Shown in pieces: positions 19,824 to 25,625 of a stretch of DNA of 64,000 bases (its first letter is position 1; each line of letters begins with the position of its first letter). The notes under the pieces are model-generated. The model was given only the letters and a program-made list of their open reading frames with translations, did no database searches and was not told the DNA's origin. Source of the stretch: an uncultured Alphaproteobacteria bacterium (lineage in GTDB: Bacteria; Pseudomonadota; Alphaproteobacteria; CAAHEQ01; UBA3637); assembly GCA_947586835.1 (NCBI GenBank), contig CANPXT010000006.1:422-64421 (forward strand). Direction: 5' to 3'. The translations under genes and the position numbers were made by a program.

Positions 19824-21092
19824 TTATTGATAAGCAACCAGTTCTGCCTCATTGGAAAGCAAAATAACTTTTTCATCTCCTAAAATCGGTTTGTTGGAAA
19901 AACCGTCTCTTCGGATGGTTTGTTTAATTTGACCGTTTTGCGGTGCAACAAAAACAACATCACCTTTATTAGAAACAACAATCAACTGATTTCCCGCTAA
20001 TACGGGACCGTTCCAAACAATATTTTTCATTTCTTTAGATTCCAACGGTATTTCCCAAACTAAACGCCCCGTTGATTTTTCCAAAGCTGTCAATGTATTA
20101 CGATTTGTAATTAAAAATAAAGCATTACCGCTGACGACCGGCGTTGATGTTCCACCGATATTTTGCACATATTTCGAAGTTCCCGTGCGTAAATCATATG
20201 CCCCTGTTTTTTGGGCGTTCCCGACCAGATAAACCGTGTTACCGTCAATAACCGGAGCTGCCAATACATGAGAAATATCTTGAATTTGATTAAATGTACG
20301 GGCGGAAAGCAATGCATCAGACCAAAGTATTACACCTGTTTTTGCATCAAATGCAATAATTTCGCCGCTGGAAAACGGAACGACCAACACACCGTTTGAA
20401 ACGGCCGGTTGTCCCATACCCAACAAGTTGGTCATAGTTGATAAATTTCGATACCGCCAAATTTCTTCTCCGTTTAAAGAATCCAATGCAAATAATTCAT
20501 TGTTGCCGGATAATACATATAAAATGCCTTTTTCAATGGTCGGTGCCGAACGTAAAATAGAGTTCGTGTTTTTTTGCCACAAAATTTTGCCTTCAAAATC
20601 AACGGCATAAATCATGCCATTTCCGCCAACGGCATAAACGGCATTTGAATCGGCAGCCAAACCGATACTGGCCAATCCTAAATCTTCGGACACCGGCAAT
20701 GCGATTTGCCACATCAATTTTCCGTCTTTTGCACGGACGGCTGATAACCGAAAAGTCGAATCCAATGCATAAATAACGCCGTCATGAAAAACAGGTTCAG
20801 GCAAAAGCAAATTATCATCGCTAATACCTTTCCCGATTGAGCGTTTCCATACAAGTTGCGGTGAATCGCTTAATTGACCGTGCGGCATTAAGTTTTTAGC
20901 ATTTCCGTTGTTTTGTGACCAATTAAAATCAGAAACCGTTTGTCCGACTTGAATATTTGTTGTTGCTTTCTGTACTTCCGCGGCAGCCGTATTTTTAACC
21001 GCCAATCTTTCACCGGGCGGGACGGGACGCTTTGAATCAGCACAAGCAGCCAATAAAGCACAGATAACAAAAACCGATAACAGTTTTTTCAT
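19824..21092 (-). CDS. bamB: Outer-membrane assembly lipoprotein BamB (PQQ-like beta-propeller)
   Basis: Lipobox LLAAC after MKKLLSVFVICA. The ATG at 21092 is preceded by GGGGAG. Repeated propeller blades (G.lyal...G..lW) are present. The position between the yfgM-like gene and der is conserved synteny. Confidence 0.8.
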   Translation of the reverse strand: MKKLLSVFVICALLAACADSKRPVPPGERLAVKNTAAAEVQKATTNIQVGQTVSDFNWSQNNGNAKNLMPHGQLSDSPQLVWKRSIGKGISDDNLLLPEPVFHDGVIYALDSTFRLSAVRAKDGKLMWQIALPVSEDLGLASIGLAADSNAVYAVGGNGMIYAVDFEGKILWQKNTNSILRSAPTIEKGILYVLSGNNELFALDSLNGEEIWRYRNLSTMTNLLGMGQPAVSNGVLVVPFSSGEIIAFDAKTGVILWSDALLSARTFNQIQDISHVLAAPVIDGNTVYLVGNAQKTGAYDLRTGTSKYVQNIGGTSTPVVSGNALFLITNRNTLTALEKSTGRLVWEIPLESKEMKNIVWNGPVLAGNQLIVVSNKGDVVFVAPQNGQIKQTIRRDGFSNKPILGDEKVILLSNEAELVAYQ

Positions 21093-21105
21093 TTTTCTCC
21101 CCTTT

Positions 21106-21789
21106 TTATTCAATAACCGCCAACAAGGCATTTAATCTGTCTTTTGAAACAGATGTTAAAAACTGATTATCCAAGGCATTTTGAATGGCTTGTTTGGCTT
21201 CATCATTTTTTTGTAATTTAACAAGCAATGCTGCTTGTAATTCAACGGCGGAAGCGTATAAGGCATTTACCGGTTGATTTAAAATGGGTTGTAACACCGC
21301 TAACAAAGCTTCATCGGGCGTTTTATCGATTTTATAGCCGACATAAGTAACACGAGCCACATCTTTCAGCTCTGAAGATTCGCCCGAATCGATAACTTGT
21401 TTTAAATAAATGCCGGCATTTTCATCATCACCGCCTTCATGAGCAATAGCAGCCAATCTCAACAATGCCAATTCTTTATAACCCGTATGTGCACTTTGCG
21501 CCAAGTCAATATAAATTTGCGCAGCTTCTTCAGGATTGCCGGTATAATTTAAAATAACCGCTTGTTCAAACCGATTCGATTCGGATAAACGCGTTTTTTC
21601 ATACCACATTCGATAAACTTCGTTTCCGCAGGTAAAAGCAACGACACCGATAATGCCACCGATAATTAAAAAACGGTATTTTTTCCAAAAATTCAATAAC
21701 TTTTCTTTTTGAATTTCTTCTTCCACTTCGCGCATTAAAACGGCTTGTTGAATGCGTTCCGCTTCATCAATGGGATTTTCTTTCTTCAT
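21106..21789 (-). CDS. YfgM-like membrane-anchored TPR protein
   Basis: Single N-terminal TM segment (FLIIGGIIGVVAFTC) followed by a TPR-like helical domain. It lies immediately upstream of bamB-der. Confidence 0.55.
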   Translation of the reverse strand: MKKENPIDEAERIQQAVLMREVEEEIQKEKLLNFWKKYRFLIIGGIIGVVAFTCGNEVYRMWYEKTRLSESNRFEQAVILNYTGNPEEAAQIYIDLAQSAHTGYKELALLRLAAIAHEGGDDENAGIYLKQVIDSGESSELKDVARVTYVGYKIDKTPDEALLAVLQPILNQPVNALYASAVELQAALLVKLQKNDEAKQAIQNALDNQFLTSVSKDRLNALLAVIE

Positions 21790-21850
21790 TTTAACCTCTC
21801 TTTATTATTAATATTTTGTATATAGCAAAATTTATTATAAAATGCAACGG

Positions 21851-22630
21851 TTATTTCTCTTTTTGCGGTAAGCATTTTAAAATCAGGCTTAAAAGACCTG
21901 CCGGCAAGACGCTTCCAATCCAAGCGGCAAAGGCAAGAGGTGCCGGAAAAGCAATTACCGATTTATTTTGAAGCATTCCTTTAATAATTATCTCGGCGGC
22001 CTTTTGAGCCGGCATTAAAAGCGGCATTTTAAAGGTATTGGTATCGGTTAATGGCGTTTTGACAAAGCCGGGACAAATTACATTGACTTTTATATTATCT
22101 TTCATTAAATAGCCGCGTAAAGCTTCACCCCAAGCTTTAACAAAACTTTTTGAAGCCGAATAAGCCGGACAATTTCTTAATCCCCTGTAGCCGGCCATTG
22201 AGCTCATGACGGCAATTTGCCCCTGCCCTTGCTTTTTCATCAATTCAATCACGGGCAAAACGGTATTCACCACGCCGAACACGTTGGTACGAATAATATC
22301 GGGCGTTGATTGTGTATCTTGGTTGATATGAAGCGATCCGGAAGAAACACCGGCATTTGCAATCAAAATATCAATTTTACCGAATTTTGTGGCTTTTTGT
22401 ATGGCCTCTTTCGTTGCAATTTCATCGGTCACGTCAAAGGTAAGCGTTTCAACTTGAGCGCCTTGATTTCGACAGGTTTCTGCTGTTTTCTCCAAGCGTT
22501 TTTGATTACGTCCGCATAAAATAAGGCAAATATTGTTTATTTTTGAAAATCTTTCGGCCAAAGCTGATCCGATTCCGCTTGAAGCACCGGTAATTAAAAC
22601 ACTTTTTCCTTCAAAATTTTTAAAATTCAT
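21851..22630 (-). CDS. Short-chain dehydrogenase/reductase (SDR)
   Basis: Has TGASSGIG, NAG and YSASK motifs. The start at M25 (ATG 22630) places the Rossmann motif at the usual distance from the N-terminus. Confidence 0.85.
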   Translation of the reverse strand: MNFKNFEGKSVLITGASSGIGSALAERFSKINNICLILCGRNQKRLEKTAETCRNQGAQVETLTFDVTDEIATKEAIQKATKFGKIDILIANAGVSSGSLHINQDTQSTPDIIRTNVFGVVNTVLPVIELMKKQGQGQIAVMSSMAGYRGLRNCPAYSASKSFVKAWGEALRGYLMKDNIKVNVICPGFVKTPLTDTNTFKMPLLMPAQKAAEIIIKGMLQNKSVIAFPAPLAFAAWIGSVLPAGLLSLILKCLPQKEK

Positions 22631-22662
22631 AAAAAAAATACCTTTCTTTTGAAAAAAAGTTC

Positions 22663-22690
22663 TTGACAAGTGATTATAACTGTGCATAAT
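22663..22690 (+). promoter_or_regulatory. Putative promoter of tRNA-Leu (TTGACA-16 nt-CATAAT)
   Basis: TTGACA at 22663-22668 and CATAAT at 22685-22690, about 20 nt upstream of the tRNA 5' end. Confidence 0.5.
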
Positions 22691-22710
22691 GGGTTTGTCC
22701 ACTAAAAAAT

Positions 22711-22797
22711 GCCTCTATGGCGAAACTGGTAGACGCGACAGACTCAAAATCTGTTGACCGCAAGGTCATGCTGGTTCAAGTCCGGCTAGAGGTACCA
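22711..22797 (+). tRNA. tRNA-Leu (anticodon CAA), long variable arm, encoded CCA
   Basis: Acceptor GCCTCTA pairs with TAGAGGT. Anticodon stem ACAGA/TCTGT with loop CTCAAAA. T-loop GGTTCAAGTCC. Confidence 0.9.
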
Positions 22798-22802
22798 AAA
22801 AT

Positions 22803-22831
22803 AAGCCCTTCATTTCGAAGGGTTTTTTTTA
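22803..22831 (+). terminator. Rho-independent terminator after tRNA-Leu
   Basis: Stem CCCTTC (22806-22811) pairs with GAAGGG (22817-22822), followed by T8. Confidence 0.7.
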
Positions 22832-22904
22832 TTTCGGTGATAATAAAGCAACGTATAACAGTAGCATTGAGGGATATAAAGAAAAAACGCATACATTAAT
22901 GAAG

Positions 22905-23157
22905 CATTTCACTACTTTTAGTTGTAAAAATTTATAATATTTCTACTTTAAATATATAAAATGAAAAAAATCTGCTAAATTTTTTGCTATTGATATTCTT
23001 ATTTTTATTCATGTATGTATAATTTAATTAATTTTTGATGATATTTTTTTGTCTGTCGGCGGGTGGAACAGACGGTGTTTCAGCGGGAAGTGCCGGCTCG
23101 GGGAACGTGAGCCGGCGCGGGTGGTGCGGGAGGCTGGTAGGTCTCACTTACATAAGG
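22905..23157. repeat. Conserved 3'-flank repeat of the pilin-like loci, copy 1 (twin at 41271-41524); contains a GC-rich hairpin element
   Basis: It aligns by eye over ~250 bp with few substitutions or indels to 41271-41524. Shared blocks include TTGTAAAAATTTATAAT, ATGTATGTATAATTTAATTAATTTTTGATGATATTTTT, and CGGCGGGTGG...GTGTTTCAGCGGGAAGTGCCGGCTC-loop-GAGCCGGCGC. Confidence 0.85.
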
Positions 23158-23206
23158 CGAAGAGGTGGTCGTGGGTTCGTGTGTGAGCAATAGTATACCG
23201 GTATCA

Positions 23207-23686
23207 TCAATCAATACATACAGCATCAGCTTGGTAATAGAAGTCATCACGAAAGTAGTTTTGACCGATATTACCACTATAGAAGCCTACCCAGTATTTG
23301 ATGCAGGAGTTACTCCCTTCACTTGTTGTCCATACATAACTACCTGCTTCTGACATATTTTCAGACAACTTTTCAGACAACTCCTTCAATATCATACTAT
23401 CAGCACATTTGTTACTTCCTGACTCTACAGGAAGTAAAAATTTTGAACACCCCAATTCTTCTAAGCTCACCATCTTTTTGCCAATCGCATAGCAATACCT
23501 CTCTACACTCCACCAGTTCATACACGGACCTATATAATAAGTTGTCCCGTATACTTCCACTTTTTGCGGTTCCTCTATATCCTCACATGTATAGCTACTG
23601 CAAGAAGTTTCGACACCATTGGAGCAACCACACTCTTTGGTCATGCAATATTGACCTGTATCACAATTATTGCAAGGATTTTCCAC
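23207..23686 (-). CDS. C-terminal (Cys-containing, C-type-lectin-like) domain ORF of a split modular pilin-like gene
   Basis: The 159-aa ORF (GTG start in the track) is collinear with residues ~245-395 of the intact paralog 41511-42698 (CSNGVETSC.SY.C.DI.EPQKVEV.G.TYY; MVSL.ELGC). No independent RBS or ATG is visible. It is separated from the upstream ORF only by a +1 frame change at an A8 tract. Confidence 0.6.
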   Translation of the reverse strand: MENPCNNCDTGQYCMTKECGCSNGVETSCSSYTCEDIEEPQKVEVYGTTYYIGPCMNWWSVERYCYAIGKKMVSLEELGCSKFLLPVESGSNKCADSMILKELSEKLSENMSEAGSYVWTTSEGSNSCIKYWVGFYSGNIGQNYFRDDFYYQADAVCID

Positions 23687-24611
23687 ACACTTTTTTTTCT
23701 AAACTGCTCCAATATTTTCCTTCATCACATTCGCATCGCTTCGTTTCTTCATTCCATATGCCACTCGTGGTGGGATCACAAACCACACATTGACCACCGT
23801 ATAAATGCTTTTCTTTATCTTTACATACGCATTCGCTTACCCCTTCATCCCACTCCGTATCCGTCGGGCATGTTATGCACTTTTCGCCGTTCCAATACTT
23901 ATCCGTTTCCGAACATTCACACTTTTCCCCGTCCCATGTGGAATCTGTCGGACACTCTCCACACGTTCCGTCTTCATTGCATGGCCCTTGACAACTTTCA
24001 TCGCATGCCGGTTCCTCTCCTTGCGCTTCGTCTTCCACATTACCTTCACCACCGCTGTTGCGTATCTTTTCACCCGAAAAATCAACTTCCAATGTGTTAC
24101 TGACTTCACTGCATAATGTTACATTCAATTCCGAAGTGCATTTCGTGCCATTTATCACAACTGCTACCGTTTCATCCATACTTTCTAAAAGTGTTGCCAA
24201 CGGTTTGCATACGCCAGCCGTTACCCCTGATACGCTGATAAAATATCCGCTTTTCTCCCTTTCTTCCTCTTCTTCCGACTCTTCCGTGTCATGATTAAAC
24301 CCGAAATCAACTTTATATTTTTCGTTAAAACTCAAATGCCCTAATTCTTCCCCGATTTTGTCATACGGCTCACCTAAAAATAATTTTTGCTCCCCTTGAG
24401 CCAGTTTTATTTTGGCATCATTGCGCATTAAATTTATTTCATTCGCAATTTGATTCGCCTGATACCGTTCCATTGCCATTTTATAGCCTGCGATTCCCCC
24501 CAGTGAAATCACGCCGATAATAGCCAAAACACCCAGCATTTCAACCATTGACCGCCCGTCTTGTGCCTGATTTTGATGCTGCTTTGTTTTATTCTTTTTT
24601 TGAATTTCCAT
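23667..24611 (-). CDS. Modular pilin-like surface protein, N-terminal fragment: class-III (prepilin-type) signal, pilin-like domain and Cys-rich EGF/furin-like repeats
   Basis: The ATG at 24611 is preceded by GGGAGAAAGGG. The leader is MEIQKKNKTKQHQNQAQDG/RSMVEMLGVLAIIGVISL, with Gly at -1, Glu at +5 and a hydrophobic helix. There are 16 Cys in residues 202-309. The longer 385-aa track ORF reads through the upstream IR module and is rejected. Confidence 0.7.
   Translation of the reverse strand: MEIQKKNKTKQHQNQAQDGRSMVEMLGVLAIIGVISLGGIAGYKMAMERYQANQIANEINLMRNDAKIKLAQGEQKLFLGEPYDKIGEELGHLSFNEKYKVDFGFNHDTEESEEEEEREKSGYFISVSGVTAGVCKPLATLLESMDETVAVVINGTKCTSELNVTLCSEVSNTLEVDFSGEKIRNSGGEGNVEDEAQGEEPACDESCQGPCNEDGTCGECPTDSTWDGEKCECSETDKYWNGEKCITCPTDTEWDEGVSECVCKDKEKHLYGGQCVVCDPTTSGIWNEETKRCECDEGKYWSSLEKKVCGKSLQ
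23691..23698 (-). other. A8 homopolymer (T8 on the plus strand) at the frame junction of the split pilin-like gene
   Basis: Minus strand reads ...AGT TTA GAA AAA AAA GTG TGT GGA AAA TCC TTG CAA TAA. With A7 the frame reads ...LEKKCVENPCNNC... straight into the 159-aa ORF. Confidence 0.9.
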
Positions 24612-24643
24612 GAACCCTTTCTCCCGTTTACTTTTTCCTAAAT

Positions 24644-24672
24644 TGTATAAATTAAACGTAGGTTTATTGCAA
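24644..24672 (-). promoter_or_regulatory. Putative promoter of the pilin-like gene (TTGCAA-17 nt-TATACA), with the -35 inside the proximal IR arm
   Basis: ttgcaa at 24667-24672 is palindromic. Plus-strand tgtata at 24644-24649 gives TATACA on the minus strand. The same -10 block is conserved at 42737-42742. Confidence 0.4.
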
Positions 24673-24805
24673 CACTTTTTCGCACGCTTGAAAGAACAAA
24701 CATTTTGAAAACAAGAAAAGAATAACCGATTGAAAATGAACAAAAAACAAGAAAAATAAATTTTTTTGATGAAAAATGAAAAAAAGTGTTGCAATAAACC
24801 TACGT
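24656..24805. repeat. IR-flanked upstream module, copy B: perfect 25-bp inverted repeat (24656-24680 / 24781-24805) around a 100-bp spacer
   Basis: ACGTAGGTTTATTGCAACACTTTTT is the exact reverse complement of AAAAAGTGTTGCAATAAACCTACGT, checked base by base. Confidence 0.95.
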
Positions 24806-24858
24806 CTATTTTGTGCAGATTCAAAAAAAAAGCTGCTCGGAATGAGCAACTTTTTAAA

Positions 24859-24935
24859 TGGTAGGCGACTACGGATTCGAACCGCAGACCCCCTCGGTGT
24901 AAACGAGGTGCTCTGACCAGCTGAGCTAGTCGCCC
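24859..24935 (-). tRNA. tRNA-Val (anticodon TAC), encoded CCA
   Basis: Minus strand reads GGGCGACTAGCTCAGCTGGTCAGAGCACCTCGTTTACACCGAGGGGGTCTGCGGTTCGAATCCGTAGTCGCCTACCA. Anticodon stem CCTCG/CGAGG with loop TTTACAC. Confidence 0.9.
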
Positions 24936-24955
24936 GTAAAAAAAGGGTGATGTTA

Positions 24956-24984
24956 TCTATACCACCCTTTTTATATTTTGTCAA
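24956..24984 (-). promoter_or_regulatory. Putative promoter of tRNA-Val (TTGACA-17 nt-TATAGA)
   Basis: Plus-strand tgtcaa at 24979-24984 and tctata at 24956-24961. The -10 lies ~20 nt upstream of the tRNA 5' end. This region also forms an A/T-clamped GGGTG/CACCC hairpin that could terminate hup transcripts. Confidence 0.4.
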
Positions 24985-24993
24985 GAGCAAAAA

Positions 24994-25272
24994 CTATTTT
25001 TTGTTGACAACGTCTTTCAAACCTTTACCGGCACGGAATTTCGGTTGTTTGGAAGCCGGAATTTTAATAGCATCACCTGTATGCGGGTTACGACCTGTTG
25101 TAGCAGCTCTTTTCACAACGGCAAACGTACCGAAATTTGTAATGCGTACTTCATCACCTTTTTTTAAAGCGGCAGAAACGGCAGATGTTGTAGCATCTAA
25201 AGCTTTGGCAGCATCTGTTTTGGTTAAACCGGCTTGTTTTGCGATTGCATCAACTAATTCTTGCTTATTCAT
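24994..25272 (-). CDS. hup: Nucleoid-associated DNA-binding protein HU
   Basis: 92 aa, MNKQELVDAIA...FGTF.V..RAA..GRNP.TG..I.IPA...P.F..GK.LKD. Confidence 0.93.
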   Translation of the reverse strand: MNKQELVDAIAKQAGLTKTDAAKALDATTSAVSAALKKGDEVRITNFGTFAVVKRAATTGRNPHTGDAIKIPASKQPKFRAGKGLKDVVNKK

Positions 25273-25625
25273 AGTAAAACTCCTTAATTTTGTTGGCTGA
25301 ATGTACGACGTACATCCTTGACTTATTCACTTTAACCCTTGTTTTAAGCGGTTGTCAACAATCTTTTTGCTGTTTTATCAAAAAAAATGATTTTTTTGCT
25401 TTTTTGTTAACAAAAAATAAACTTTTGTGTCTCTAAATCCTTGATTTAATCGCTTTAAATGCCTGTTTTCCGCGATTTTTTATGTTGTTTTTTAAAACGA
25501 ATCAAAAGAGTGAATTTAAAAAGATATTTTTAATTTATTATTAAATTTCAATATGTTATGAAGAAAAAACGAATCGCCTCGCCTGATTTTTCATTTAAAA
25601 AAGCACAAAAATACCTGAAAATGCC

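Noticed and set aside
23038-23193. Plus-strand small ORF (51 codons, MIFFCLSAGGTDGVSAGSAGS...) running through the GC-rich element. Its first 21 codons are conserved at the twin locus.
   Set aside because: It has no RBS. The twin copy is cut by a TGA after 21 codons. The open frame is expected by chance in GC-rich sequence.
23204-23209. Possible UGA recoding (Trp/Gly) or readthrough at the tandem TGA-TGA.
   Set aside because: TGA clearly functions as a stop elsewhere in the window, for example at malQ (10557-10559) and at the end of the ghost tail. Two consecutive TGAs argue for termination.
23050-23330. Diversity-generating retroelement (DGR) target. The evidence was a lectin-like C-terminal domain followed by a GC-rich block and an 8-bp GC hairpin just past the stop codon, resembling a VR/IMH/hairpin arrangement.
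   Set aside because: No reverse transcriptase ORF and no template-repeat copy of the gene's 3' end are visible anywhere in the window. The 3'-terminal coding sequences of the two paralogs are unrelated immediately upstream of the shared LCK-stop, not near-identical with A-specific differences. A remote RT outside the window cannot be excluded.
23165-24294. Multiple plus-strand ORFs (23165-23353, 23323-23793, 23564-24103, 23805-24116, 24058-24294) and the analogous set at 41474-42546.
   Set aside because: They are antisense shadows of the pilin-like genes. Their similarity between loci is explained by conservation of the sense strand.
24656-24805. Classification of the IR module as a transposon-derived MITE.
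   Set aside because: This is not adopted as the primary call. No target-site duplication is visible at any copy. Conservation extends 12-13 nt beyond the distal arm. All three copies lie in the same orientation at the same distance class upstream of surface-protein genes. It remains an alternative to be tested genome-wide.
24612-24824. N-terminal extensions of the track ORFs (385 aa at 23667-24824 and 428 aa at 41511-42797) that read through the IR modules.
   Set aside because: The extensions are low-complexity translations of A/T-rich regulatory DNA. They are in different frames in the three module copies. Internal ATGs at 24611 and 42698 have strong GGGAGAAAGG RBSs and give canonical prepilin-type leaders.
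25530-25544. CtrA-type box TTAA-N7-TTAA (TTAATTTATTATTAA) upstream of hup.
   Set aside because: Such patterns are expected by chance in ~80% A/T intergenic DNA, and there is no supporting context.
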